A stretch of DNA of 64,000 nt from Candidatus Omnitrophota bacterium (GTDB lineage Bacteria; Omnitrophota; Gorgyraeia; JABMRG01; JAFGKX01), in contig JAZDPX010000038.1 of assembly GCA_043797125.1 (NCBI GenBank), positions 68,071 through 132,070 of the forward strand, read 5' to 3'. Position 1 is the first letter of the stretch. Every line of letters begins with the position of its first letter. A program made the position numbers and the translations under genes. Of this stretch, positions 8,712-19,400 are shown piece by piece. The notes under the pieces were generated by a model that made no database searches, was not told where the DNA came from, and was given only the letters and a program-made list of their open reading frames with translations.

Positions 8712-10599
8712 CCTGCTTTATTCCCGCAATTGCCATTACCTCTTTCACATCCAAAACTTCTTTTTCTATAAGCGCCTCGGCAATTTTAATAAGCGTTTCC
8801 TTATTTTTAATCAACGTATCCTTTGCGCGCCTGTAGCATTCGTCGACGATACTCTTAACCTCTTTATCTATTTCCTGCGCGGTCTGTTCGCTGTAATTTC
8901 TCTCTTCAGCAATGTCTCTACCTAAAAATATCTGATGGTGCACTCTTCCAAAAGTAAGGTGGCCTAATTCCTTGCTCATTCCAAACTCGCAAACCATTCT
9001 TCTTGCCAGATCAGTAACTACCGCAAGGTCATTATGCGCGCCTGTAGTAACATCGCTGAATACAAGCTCCTCGCTTGCGCGGCCACCCAGGGCTATGGTA
9101 ATCGCGCTCAAAAGTTCGCTTTGCGCGCGCAGGTATTTATCCTGCAAAGGTTTCTGCAAAGTATAGCCTAATGCTGTTGCGCCCCTTGGTATGATAGAAA
9201 CCTTGTGAAGTTTTTCTGTTCCGGGAAAAAGAAGCGCTAAAAGCGCGTGCCCTGACTCATGATACGCGATAACCTTTTTCTCGTCTTTATCAATGACGCG
9301 GCTTTTTCGCTCAGGACCAGCCATTACCCTTTCAATGGACTCTTCTAATTCCTTGACTGTGACTTCTTTTTTTGAGCGCCTTGCGCCAAGAAGAGCTGCC
9401 TCGTTTACCAAATTTGATAAATCAGCGCCTGAAAAACCCGAAGTCTGCTGTGCTATTGAAGCCAAATCTACGTCTTTAGCAAGCTTGATTTCCCTGGCGT
9501 GCACTTTTAAAATAGCTTCTCTTCCCTTTATATCAGGACGGTCAACCACTACCTGCCTGTCAAATCTCCCAGGGCGAAGAAGCGCGCTGTCAAGCACATC
9601 CGGCCTGTTGGTGGCAGCTATGAGTATAACGCCCACCTCCGTGCTAAAGCCATCCATCTCCGACAATAACGCGTTAAGGGTCTGCTCTCTTTCATCGTGG
9701 CCGCCGCCTATGCCCGCAAATCTTTGCCTGCCTACAGCGTCTATTTCATCTATAAATATAATCGCGCCTTTACCGCTTGATTTCGCTGATTTTTTCGCCT
9801 GTTCAAAAAGATCGCGCACCCTTGCAGCTCCGACGCCTACAAACATTTCAACAAAATCAGAGCCGCTTAAACTAAAAAACGGCACAACTGCCTCTCCGGC
9901 AACTGCCTTTGCAAGCAGGGTTTTTCCGCAGCCCGGCGGGCCCATTAACAAAACGCCCTTTGGAATTTTGCCGCCTAAGCTCTGAAATCTTTTAGGATCT
10001 TTTAAGAATTCTATAACTTCCTGAAGCTCTTCCTTTGCCTCATCAACTCCTGCTACATCGCTGAATGTCACCTTCATCTTGTTACCGAGTATAAGCCTTG
10101 CCCTGCTTTTACCAAAGGACCATATCCTGCCTCCCGGGCCTCCACCTCCCTGCGAACCCCTGAATAAGAAAAACCACAGAAGCCCGAAGAAAAATAATGT
10201 CGGAAAAATAGAAATAAACATATTTGACCAGAAGGTGCGCGGCGGCTGAACGCTGAAATCCTTGATGTTTTCACGCATAACTTTTATAATATCAGGATCA
10301 TTAACAGGAATATCCACTTCAAAGCGTTCTCCGCTTATATACGTGCCCAGGATTTTATTTTCAGAAATAACTGCTTTGCCTATCTTGGGATCTGTCGTAT
10401 TTGCCTCGACCTCGCCGTAGAATTGGCTGTAAGATAAAACCTTAGGAATACCCTCCGCTGTATTTGCCCAGTATCTAACAATGTACATAGACAAAAATAT
10501 AACCGCAATCCACAAAAGCACTCCGCTTGACGGGGCTGCTTTCGGCTTGAGCTTCTTGACTGGCTTCTGTTGTGTTTTTGGTATTTTATTGTTTGTCAT
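8701..10599 (-). CDS. ftsH: ATP-dependent zinc metalloprotease FtsH
   Basis: Two TMs, [13 protein letters not shown], second region of homology, HESGH. Confidence 0.98.
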   Translation of the reverse strand: MTNNKIPKTQQKPVKKLKPKAAPSSGVLLWIAVIFLSMYIVRYWANTAEGIPKVLSYSQFYGEVEANTTDPKIGKAVISENKILGTYISGERFEVDIPVNDPDIIKVMRENIKDFSVQPPRTFWSNMFISIFPTLFFFGLLWFFLFRGSQGGGGPGGRIWSFGKSRARLILGNKMKVTFSDVAGVDEAKEELQEVIEFLKDPKRFQSLGGKIPKGVLLMGPPGCGKTLLAKAVAGEAVVPFFSLSGSDFVEMFVGVGAARVRDLFEQAKKSAKSSGKGAIIFIDEIDAVGRQRFAGIGGGHDEREQTLNALLSEMDGFSTEVGVILIAATNRPDVLDSALLRPGRFDRQVVVDRPDIKGREAILKVHAREIKLAKDVDLASIAQQTSGFSGADLSNLVNEAALLGARRSKKEVTVKELEESIERVMAGPERKSRVIDKDEKKVIAYHESGHALLALLFPGTEKLHKVSIIPRGATALGYTLQKPLQDKYLRAQSELLSAITIALGGRASEELVFSDVTTGAHNDLAVVTDLARRMVCEFGMSKELGHLTFGRVHHQIFLGRDIAEERNYSEQTAQEIDKEVKSIVDECYRRAKDTLIKNKETLIKIAEALIEKEVLDVKEVMAIAGIKQDAQ

Positions 10600-10675
10600 C
10601 TTTCACCTCGAAATGCTGATTATAACACTTATTATAATAATTGCGCAAGAAAAAAATTAAGCAGTGTCAACAACA

Positions 10676-10701
10676 GTAGCGCAGGCTTAAGCCTGCGCTA
10701 C
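10676..10701. repeat. Second copy of the GTAG palindrome
   Basis: GTAGCGCAGGCTTAAGCCTGCGCTAC. Confidence 0.85.
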
Positions 10702-10711
10702 ATCGAAATTG

Positions 10712-12082
10712 TCATTCTTTTATAAGCTCCAGCCTGAGAAACCTCGTTGTTTTTGGCGTAATTTTAAAATCATCTGACATGCGCACGCCGCATACCCAGA
10801 TTATTCTGCCTTTAGAATCAACCACCAAAGGAATTTTGTCGCGCCCGGCTTTGCTGATTTTATCGTCAATAAAGATATCCTGCAACCGCTTATATCTTTT
10901 CATGCCCAAGGGGCGTATTTTATCGTGCGGTTTCCTGCATCTTGTCGCAAGCGGAAATATTATTTTTCCGGCATCGAAATATTCAATCCTGCGAGAAGGG
11001 CTGAATTTTTTAGGCGGGCTTTCTAAAACAGTCGCCTTGAAAGATAAGGGCAAAAAAGGGGACTGTCCCCTTTTTTGGGGACTGTCCCCTTTTTTGTAAA
11101 ACCTGATCGTTCCCGCCTTCCTTCTTACGGCCGTATCGCCGGGCAGTTGTATTGTTGAAGCCGCCTTTTTATCAAAAATCAACCCTTTAATTTTTTCTAT
11201 ATGCCTGTAATCTATTTTAAGCAAGTCTCCTTTTATCTCTTCTATAGCCAGCCTGATTATACCGTTTTGAAATGAAGCCGGAAGCTGTTTAAATTCATTC
11301 AACTTAAAAGAAATCTCTCCCTGTCTGTTTGTAGAAATTATTTTTTTAAACGCCTGTGTGTGCTGCTTTGATAGATAATCATAATCCAAGGCTATTGTTT
11401 GCGCTGTCCTGGCTATTTGTTTTTTTAAATTAGGAAAATAATTTTTTTCTAAATATGGTATCAGTTTGTGCCTTATTTTATTGCGAAAATATATATCCTT
11501 CTTATTTGTGGAATCTATCCTTGGTTTTATCTTTTTTCTTTTTAAAAAAAGTTCAATATCTTTCCTTGGCACTTCTATTAAAGGGCGTATGACTTCAAGC
11601 TTTTCTGAAATTTTCCTTTTTGGCAGAATCGCCCTTAAGCCGCGCATACCTGAGCCCCTAAAAAGCCGCATCAACATAGTTTCGGCTTGGTCGTCGCAGT
11701 TATGCCCTAATGCAATTTTATTAGCATTAATTTGTTTGGCTGTTTCCTTAAAGAATTCATATCTTATTTGGCGCGCTGCCTGCTCAATTGAAAGCTTTTC
11801 TTTTCTGGCAAATCCTAAAACATCCCTTGAATCTGCAAAAAACGGAATCTCAAACCTGTTTGCCAGATTTCGCGCGTATTGGGCGTCCTTATCTGATTCA
11901 GCGCCCCTTAAAAGATGATTAAGATGGGCCGCGCATAAATTTATCCCAAATTCACTTTTCAGGCAGTTCAAGGCAACTAAAAGGCTCGTAGAATCAGGGC
12001 CTCCTGAAACAGCGACAAGCACCCTATCGCGCTTTTTAAGCATGCTGTATTTTTGAATAGTATCTTTGATTTTTTTAAGCAT
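10712..12082 (-). CDS. tilS: tRNA(Ile)-lysidine synthetase
   Basis: SGGPDS PP-loop, HNCDDQAET, RPL, RNKIR; adjacent to ftsH. Confidence 0.96.
   Translation of the reverse strand: MLKKIKDTIQKYSMLKKRDRVLVAVSGGPDSTSLLVALNCLKSEFGINLCAAHLNHLLRGAESDKDAQYARNLANRFEIPFFADSRDVLGFARKEKLSIEQAARQIRYEFFKETAKQINANKIALGHNCDDQAETMLMRLFRGSGMRGLRAILPKRKISEKLEVIRPLIEVPRKDIELFLKRKKIKPRIDSTNKKDIYFRNKIRHKLIPYLEKNYFPNLKKQIARTAQTIALDYDYLSKQHTQAFKKIISTNRQGEISFKLNEFKQLPASFQNGIIRLAIEEIKGDLLKIDYRHIEKIKGLIFDKKAASTIQLPGDTAVRRKAGTIRFYKKGDSPQKRGQSPFLPLSFKATVLESPPKKFSPSRRIEYFDAGKIIFPLATRCRKPHDKIRPLGMKRYKRLQDIFIDDKISKAGRDKIPLVVDSKGRIIWVCGVRMSDDFKITPKTTRFLRLELIKE
11052..11095. repeat. Tandem GGGGACTGTCCCC palindromes within tilS
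   Basis: aaaaaaggggactgtccccttttttggggactgtcccctttttt, encoding KKGDSPQKRGQSPFL. Confidence 0.8.
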
Positions 12083-12102
12083 AATAAATCCGGCGGGCGT
12101 AG

Positions 12103-12585
12103 CTATCTGGCTATTAGTATAAAATACGTAAATGCTACGGTCAAAGTAGTAAAAAGGAGAAAAAAATACAAAAAAACTTTTGGTTTCTTGCGCAGCCTGT
12201 CAATATGTCTTTCTATCATCTGTTGTTGGGCATTGCCTATTTTTTCATATTCAACACCGAAAAAATAAGTATCTGAATCAGGTTCAGAAACCTTGCTCAA
12301 CCATTTAACCATGGCTATGGAATCGACAGGCACAGCGTCAGCAGGTATGCTGATTGCAAGCTTAAGCCTTGTTTTATTAGGAATAATCTCCAGAAAAATA
12401 TCTTCTTTCCTAATCTTGCTTTCAATTGCCATGCCGCCTTTAGCTACGTCTTGCGTGACACCGGTTAAAACAGCGCCTTGCGCGCGCCCGGTTTCATCAA
12501 CATGCTGAAACTTGACAAAAAATGCCTGGTGCTGTCTCTTGTGTCTACGCAGCTCCTGTTTTTGTGTTTGTACTAGTGTAGGCAT
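12103..12585 (-). CDS. PilZ-domain protein with C-terminal TM helix
   Basis: RRHKR (RxxxR) and DVAKGG (DxSxxG-like) motifs, FGVEY strand, hydrophobic C-terminus. Confidence 0.75.
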   Translation of the reverse strand: MPTLVQTQKQELRRHKRQHQAFFVKFQHVDETGRAQGAVLTGVTQDVAKGGMAIESKIRKEDIFLEIIPNKTRLKLAISIPADAVPVDSIAMVKWLSKVSEPDSDTYFFGVEYEKIGNAQQQMIERHIDRLRKKPKVFLYFFLLFTTLTVAFTYFILIAR

Positions 12586-12666
12586 TGGTAATTAACCTCT
12601 TAGCTATATAAATTATATATGATATATTAAAATAGTAAAGAGTATTTATTTTTGCGAATGGCTGTG

Positions 12667-12782
12667 CCATAAGTGCTCAAAACGCTAATGGTAGCGGCGA
12701 GTGGAATTGCTGCCGAGACCTAATCCTTCTTTGGGCGAGGCAGTCCCGAGCCCCGATACTTCGGGCCGAGGGAAACCACTGA
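12667..12782 (-). repeat. Duplicated 3' end of tRNA-Met, interrupted by two REP-like hairpins
   Basis: 12667..12705 is identical to 12850..12888 (39 nt); the T-arm match resumes at 12774..12782 after a 64-nt insert. Confidence 0.8.
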
Positions 12783-12871
12783 TTGCTGAGTCCCTCGTCG
12801 CTTTCGCTCCTCGGGACATAAGTCGTTTTGGCACTTATGTCGCTTCGCTCCATAAGTGCTCAAAACGCTAA

Positions 12872-12949
12872 TGGTAGCGGCGAGTGGACTTGAACCACTG
12901 ACACCCCGGGTATGAGCCGAGTGCTCTAAACCAACTGAGCTACGCCGCC
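12872..12949 (-). tRNA. tRNA-Met(CAT), elongator type
   Basis: GGCGGCGTAGCTCAGTTGGTTTAGAGCACTCGGCTCATACCCGGGGTGTCAGTGGTTCAAGTCCACTCGCCGCTACCA; paired 1-72 (G-U) and no initiator GGG/CCC anticodon stem. Confidence 0.93.
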
Positions 12950-13371
12950 TCGAAATTTTCTACAAATTTTTCTGCCTGTTTTATATATTCTTTGTAACCT
13001 CTAATCGCTAAGGCTACTGCCCTATATACCTTTTCGTCATCTATATCCATATATTCGTGGACTAATATATTTCTCATTCCAGCAGAGCCCTTAAGCTTAT
13101 CAGCCAGTTTTCTTGAAATTAAGCCTGCTTCTGCGGCTTTTATAAACGAGATACTATAATCTTCCGGGGGCCTGTTACCGGTTTCAACCACTACGTGATT
13201 ATTTACATCCGTAGCGCATTCAACAATTAACTGGATAAGCCGCTCCGTAGAAGATTTCAGATAAAAATCTTTTTTGTACTCTTTTAAGCTTTTTTTAGAA
13301 ATGGGTTTCAATTTCTCGAGATACATATTTAAGCGCGACAACTTTCTTCTTATAAGGTCTATGTCTATCAT
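12940..13371 (-). CDS. hepT: HepT-family (DUF86/HEPN) toxin
   Basis: RNILVHEY matches RX4HXY; ERLIQLIVE helix; downstream of the MNT gene. Confidence 0.9.
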   Translation of the reverse strand: MIDIDLIRRKLSRLNMYLEKLKPISKKSLKEYKKDFYLKSSTERLIQLIVECATDVNNHVVVETGNRPPEDYSISFIKAAEAGLISRKLADKLKGSAGMRNILVHEYMDIDDEKVYRAVALAIRGYKEYIKQAEKFVENFEAA

Positions 13372-13374
13372 ATG

Positions 13375-13776
13375 CTATTCCTTCTTTTTTATCGCTAATT
13401 TAAGATATTTTTTCTCTAATAATCTAAATTTTTTCGTATCTATATATCTTGACATTGCGCCAATTTTAAATTTATTAAACAAGCCCTTTGTCTTTTCATA
13501 TAAAGGAACTCCGTTTATGGCAACGTGATATGTAATCATTGCCTCTGCGCCGTTTAAAAATACCGGGTCAAATTTGTCTCCAAAAACCGAGGAAAAATCA
13601 TTCATTATATCAAAATATTTTTTTTTGATGATGCCTGGCTCGCCTAAAAATCCTATATCAATATCGCTGTTGGAATTAGCGCAATCTCTGGCGTATGAGC
13701 CGTGCAAAATCCCCAAAGACAATTTGTATTTTTTGCAAAGTTTATTAAAATTTTTGTTATTGTAAGCGAGCATCAT
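13375..13776 (-). CDS. mntA: MntA-family minimal nucleotidyltransferase antitoxin
   Basis: GSYARDCANSNSDID matches GSX10DXD. Confidence 0.88.
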   Translation of the reverse strand: MMLAYNNKNFNKLCKKYKLSLGILHGSYARDCANSNSDIDIGFLGEPGIIKKKYFDIMNDFSSVFGDKFDPVFLNGAEAMITYHVAINGVPLYEKTKGLFNKFKIGAMSRYIDTKKFRLLEKKYLKLAIKKKE

Positions 13777-13809
13777 TTTTCATCAAAACCTTTCATTATT
13801 TTCGCCTTA

Positions 13810-13838
13810 ATTATACCAATAGTCTTAATCTTATACAA
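13810..13838 (-). promoter_or_regulatory. Sigma70-type promoter of the TA operon
   Basis: TTGTAT-N17-TATAAT with extended TG. Confidence 0.55.
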
Positions 13839-13875
13839 GGATTTTGTTGTTTGTGGTAGTTTGTGGTAGCAAAAA

Positions 13876-13946
13876 GTAGGGGCGCCATTTATGGCGCCCA
13901 AAAATAGCCGAGGGACACTTTACAAGTTTAGGTCTGAACCGTCCCC
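13876..13946. repeat. GTAG-type REP plus GGGACACTT...GAACCGTCCCC element
   Basis: GTAGGGGCGCCATTTATGGCGCCC (13876..13899); the following element shares its ends with the 47004..47097 doublet. Confidence 0.6.
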
Positions 13947-13952
13947 TATTTT

Positions 13953-16439
13953 TTACGCGCAAGCTCCTATGCTGTCTACGTATTTTATATCAGGAGCCTT
14001 AAGCGCTGCGTCATCAAAGTCCGTGACTATCGGATTGCCCGACTTTGGCTGATTGCCGTTTGCGTAAAATGGGCCAATCTGCTTTTTTTGCGCGAACGGG
14101 CTGTCTTCTAGTTTCACCTCTCTGCTTTTTTCTCCGGCGATGTTAAAAACAACCCTTTCATGAACAAAACTCTTTTCCATATAGAAAAATTTTCCATCTT
14201 CGCTGAATTCAAAGGACGTAACATTGCCAAAAATCCCCCTGAACATTTTTGGCAAGCCGGCATTTTTCATGTCAAGCAAAGTCACCTGCGGAATCATGTT
14301 CGTATAAGATTTAAAAGCTAAAAATCGCCTATCAGGGCTTATTTTATAATCGCTAATAAGATCGAATGTTTGCGCGACCTCGCCTGTTTCAAGATTACGA
14401 ACTATGAGCTGGTTATTCAAATTTATTATGCTCAAAAATTTGCTGTCAAATGTTGTGAAAAAACCGTTTGTGGCATCAATATTTTTTAATATATGCTTTT
14501 TGGGTCTTCTAGAGGCAAGATTATTTGCAAATAGCTGATTATGGTAATCCGTAGTTATTAAATAATTGGCACTGGTCAGCGCCCATTGATCGTGGGTTTT
14601 AAGCTCGGCTATATGCTTATTGCTGGGGTTTTCCAGGTCGTAAACATATAATAACGGAAACGGGCCCATTGACTTTACGGCAAATTGGGCGTCTTCGCTG
14701 AATACTAAATCATGGCAAAAATCATACTCTGTTTTAATTAACAGACCGTATTCCGAATCCAATATATACGCATAACTGTTCGCTAAAATGTTGTTTTTAG
14801 GCAGTATCGCGATGTGCCCCGCCTTGCTCGTTACTATTTTTCCGATATAGTCGCGGGTTATGCCGAGATATTCAAGCGCATAATCAGGGATATCTTCGAT
14901 GGTGATTTTCGGGATTTTGGCAGCTTTATCAGCTTTTTTGAATTCAACCCATCTTTTATTTATAAGGTCATATGCCCTTTTAACGCCTTTTTTATCTGTA
15001 AAATAGCATCTTTTGCTGGTAGGCCCGAATTCAAAACCGCCCGCTGCGTTTATTAAATCCTCTATAGGAGCGCTTGGATTTGAAACATCATATAAGGACG
15101 CTGTACCGTGGTTATCTCTTAAAGCGATATATTTGCAATCGGGGCTGAATTTTACCCCGCCAAAGGCATTTTTATTTTTTAACACAATCTCATCATTTGG
15201 GTTAAAGATAGATGTCAATCCGAAAAAAGTGGTTACAATGCTAAATTTGTTAGGGCCTTTCTCATAATAGCTTATGTCGGACGCATTTATGCCAAGTTTT
15301 TGCGCAAAGCATATCTTTGCCGTTATATTATCGTCTGGAACAAGAATTTCTTTCTCCGGCACAAGAAGAAAAGTCTTTTCGACGCCGTCCACGCCCGTAA
15401 CATATATCTCGGCTGAGTTATCGCTGAATTTAAAACCGCCTTGTGCGTCCTGGTTTTTAATTATACGCTTGCCTGTTTCAAGATTACATATCGTAATTTC
15501 AGAGTGCCTGTTCATTAAGAGAATAAATTTATTATCAGGGCTGTATTCAATATGCCAGGCAATGCCCTTGGTGTTGTCTTTTATTATTACCTCTCCTGTT
15601 TGCGCATCGATAACCTTAAGCCTGAAAAATCTGTCTTTTTTAACAATATATTTTAAATCAGGGCTAAGGCTGAAATGGCTGGCATCACCCCATTCCGCCT
15701 TTCTTGCAAGTGCTACGGTGCTGCCATTTAATGTTAACAAATACAAAAATTGTTTATCAGTCATCGCGTCTTTGGCAATAACAGCAGCGTTGTCCTTGTT
15801 AATAGTAATCTTGATATCCTTATCTTTGTCTATATCAAAATACTTAAGCGCAAGCAGCCTGATATTTCCTTCGTTGATTTTGTAATTATGAACATTAGTT
15901 TTTAGTTTTACAAATTCCAACCTATCGCCTGCAACAAGCCTTAGAGTCAGCTCTTTACCGTCTAGATCCGTAGCTTGAATTGTTTTATCGGAATTAAACT
16001 TAAAACCGTTCGCAGCATCGATGCCGCTTTTTAAGAGTTTTACATCCTCTTTACTATAAAAAATGGCCATGGTATCCCATGGAGGTGAGGTTACTTCTCT
16101 TTCAGCCAATTTCCATAAAGCCGCATTCCAATAAAAATCTATAATTGCCGCATAATTTCCGTCCGGGCTTAACTCAATTGCGCGGCAAGGATTCCCATCC
16201 TCGCTTTTTACAATAACGTTACCATGTGAATTTAATATTGTTCCTATGCCGAATTCATCTATTACAGCCTTGTAGCCCAAAGAGTTTATTTTTATGCCAT
16301 CAATCACCTCATTATCCTTGGTTACAGCAAGGCTTTGCGCTCTTAAGGCAGATTCGCTGACGTTTTGCTGGGGCAGACCGTAAGAAACATTTGTCGCTAA
16401 AAAGAAAAATATAATAAAAATCGTTATTATTTTTCTCAT
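13953..16439 (-). CDS. Exported WD40-like beta-propeller protein (signal peptide + SALRAQSL motif)
   Basis: MRKIITIFIIFFFLATNVSYG...SALRAQSL; repeated [FYLI]SPD blades; YANGNQ near the C-terminus; ends IGACA; start moved to ATG 16439. Confidence 0.8.
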   Translation of the reverse strand: MRKIITIFIIFFFLATNVSYGLPQQNVSESALRAQSLAVTKDNEVIDGIKINSLGYKAVIDEFGIGTILNSHGNVIVKSEDGNPCRAIELSPDGNYAAIIDFYWNAALWKLAEREVTSPPWDTMAIFYSKEDVKLLKSGIDAANGFKFNSDKTIQATDLDGKELTLRLVAGDRLEFVKLKTNVHNYKINEGNIRLLALKYFDIDKDKDIKITINKDNAAVIAKDAMTDKQFLYLLTLNGSTVALARKAEWGDASHFSLSPDLKYIVKKDRFFRLKVIDAQTGEVIIKDNTKGIAWHIEYSPDNKFILLMNRHSEITICNLETGKRIIKNQDAQGGFKFSDNSAEIYVTGVDGVEKTFLLVPEKEILVPDDNITAKICFAQKLGINASDISYYEKGPNKFSIVTTFFGLTSIFNPNDEIVLKNKNAFGGVKFSPDCKYIALRDNHGTASLYDVSNPSAPIEDLINAAGGFEFGPTSKRCYFTDKKGVKRAYDLINKRWVEFKKADKAAKIPKITIEDIPDYALEYLGITRDYIGKIVTSKAGHIAILPKNNILANSYAYILDSEYGLLIKTEYDFCHDLVFSEDAQFAVKSMGPFPLLYVYDLENPSNKHIAELKTHDQWALTSANYLITTDYHNQLFANNLASRRPKKHILKNIDATNGFFTTFDSKFLSIINLNNQLIVRNLETGEVAQTFDLISDYKISPDRRFLAFKSYTNMIPQVTLLDMKNAGLPKMFRGIFGNVTSFEFSEDGKFFYMEKSFVHERVVFNIAGEKSREVKLEDSPFAQKKQIGPFYANGNQPKSGNPIVTDFDDAALKAPDIKYVDSIGACA

Positions 16440-16441
16440 GT

Positions 16442-19400
16442 TTACGCCCATTTAATCGCTTCTTCCATCAGCCTCTTAAATTCTTCCGTATCTTTAACCT
16501 TGTCAGCTTCTATTGCAGGCAACGGTAAAAATTGAATTCCTGCGCGCAAATCTGTTTCTATTGAACCTACGCTGATGGGTAGGTTACCAAACAGGTCGTG
16601 GACATTAAAAAGCTGGCCTTCTTCCCTGACAGTTGGTATAAAGAAACGAACCTGCTTCGCATTAGCTAACTTGGACAGGGTATTTTTCGTTGTTTCATCG
16701 ATTTTATCAGCCGGCATAGGATTTAAAAACATAAGCAATAAAGAGCGTTCTGAAACGGATTTTTCAGTTTCGTAGAAATGCGCGGCAACCATCAAATCAT
16801 ATAATTTTTGTGATGCCTCGGCGGGTTTTTCTATTTGTGAAACTCCTTCCAACCGTGTTGTAAAAAGATTGGGTATGTTCATCCTGTCTATTATATCTAT
16901 CTTTTTATCTATAATCCTTTCCTCTGTCAGGGCATCTTTAAAATCCTTTGGCATTATATCTTTAGGCAAGGCGCTGTCAACAGCAACAACAAACCTGAAC
17001 AAAGACGTTTGCGAATTCTCAAGCTTTAAGCCCTTAACACTCTCGGCAAATTCCTTTAACCCGGGATTTAACAAGGCGTATGTATCAGGCATTGTTATAA
17101 CTATCTGATTTTTGAAATCAAAACGCATATCCTTCAGAGCCCGCATTATGTCAATAGGCGTTTCCGGCTTAAGCTTTGCTGAAATATTCATAGCTTGCGA
17201 TAACGCCTCTTTTAGTTTGTTCTCCGAATCTTTTCCTCCCGGCAAAGGCTCATCCTCATCCGTCTTCGGGTTTCCGCTGGCGTAGTGGACATATCCTTTT
17301 TGTGGCGCTTCAGTCACTTCGCCGGTATTTATATCAAGTATCCTTAGCGGCATTTCTACGCCGTCGGAGGTTTTACCAGCAAGGATTGTAACTTTTAGTT
17401 TATCGGGGTCATAGGCGGTATGAGAAGGTATTGGTATTTTGCTTTTTACAGGGTTACCCGGATTTTTATCGAGATGATAAAGGTCAAAATGCGTGGCCAT
17501 TAGAGGGGGCTTTTCGCTGGATCTAAACACAATCAGCTGATTTTTTGGCGTCAGCCAATAACAAACATCGTTGCCGTAGGCAATGCCTAAAGATACAGGC
17601 TCTTGTCCGGGATTTCTTAAATCACATACACGCAAAGGTTTGTCAAATTTAAGCCTGTTCGCGCCATTTGTCCACACGATGAAGCTTCCGTCGTCGCTAA
17701 TCTTCAAATTGGATATGCTTCCGTTGACGCATCCGCTTTCCGAATATGTAATTCTTTTAATTACTTTATAATCCGAATCATATACGATTATCGGATGTAA
17801 TATCCCCTTTTTTGTATACAGGACTATTGTTTTATTGTTCTTGCTTACAGCTAGGTTAATATTTGCTTTAGGTATGCCTTTGAAGTCTTGTATAAATACG
17901 CATGCTGGCATTTTATCAAACATCTGTTCTTTTGCATCATTCAGCGCGTTGCCGTTGGCGTAATTGGGTTGGGTGCCAACTTCAGCATTTCCGATGAGGT
18001 CTATAATCGTAGTTTCCCCGCTTGCATCAACAGCTTGAACCTGGGTGTCGTTATTTATAAAACTAATTCCTCTCGTCGCGTCTAAGTTTTCTTTTATTGG
18101 GTTATCCGGGTCTGCAATTCTATAAACAGATGCTGTATTATCTTTGTTCAGTATAATTAAATATTTCTCATCACTACTGACTTCGCTTGATAATTTTTCT
18201 TTCTTATGTTTATCCAATATTATTTGCAACCTGCGCCCAAAACTCAATGGCAGGTTGCCTTCTCCTTTATCCGTATCCGCATTGCCGTTGGCGTAGTGGG
18301 ACTGGTTTGAGGCAGAGGTATTGTTTAATTTAGTTAGGTCTACATCTGTTCTTTGTCTGTTGTATACATAGGTTAAGGTGTTTTTAGATTCAAAAGAAAA
18401 GCATTCCGTATCATGTGTAAATATCGGTTCGGATGGGTTTGGGCTTTTCATATCATATACTCTGCATCCTATATGATTATAATCCAGATTGTAATCTATC
18501 TCATACGCTATAGCAAAATATCTTTTATTGTGCTTGTTGAAAATAATATTTTTTGATTTTCCTTGAATTTGAGCTACTTCACTCTTAAGTTCTGTATCAT
18601 ATATAACTGTTACGCCTCTGGCAACACCATCTTTTTCCGGAATAAATGCCCAGAGATATTCAGCTTCGGGGCTGAAACCAAAGCAGGTTGCGCCTTGAAA
18701 CACTTTAATAGGTTTTTCTGCATGTGTCTTGTCAGAAAGATCGAGCAAAATCACCCTTCGTTTCTTGGGATCCTTGCTGTCTAACCAAACAGCAAGATAT
18801 CTGTTATTGCTGCTTTTCTCATAACCAGAATGATGTTCAATCTTCATTTTTGAAATTGGCTTATTTGGTTGTTTTAGGTTATACAAAGATATCGTAATTG
18901 TTGTAATTCCCATAAAAACAAGGGCAATATTATTACCTTCTAACGGCATGATGTAATCGTCGCGGCCAATTGGTTTATTTAATATAAGTTCCTCTTGTGG
19001 ATTAAAAACAAATGCCTTATATCCCCAGAAGGTATGGGTAACCAAAACAACTCTGTACCCTTCTTCATTTACTATATCGTTTCCATCTTTATCTGTTAAA
19101 ATAATATCTTTTACAAATACATTATGTTCACCAAGCAGAGAGAGCATCTTTGCTGTGACATTTTTTGGGGTGACAGAAAGGCTAAGGTTCTCTTCACCAC
19201 GCGTTGTTTTTATTGTTAAGCTTCTACTATCAGGCGCAAAAGCGCAGTCTTTTATTTCATTATTCTCTCTATCGCCTTCAGGAATCTGGTATGTCGCTAT
19301 AGGCTCATTTGGTTTTTTGTCCCATAAATCATAAATCTCTGCTGAGAACTCATTATTTATAGCTAGAACAAATCTGTAATTGTTGCTTATTTCTACGCCG

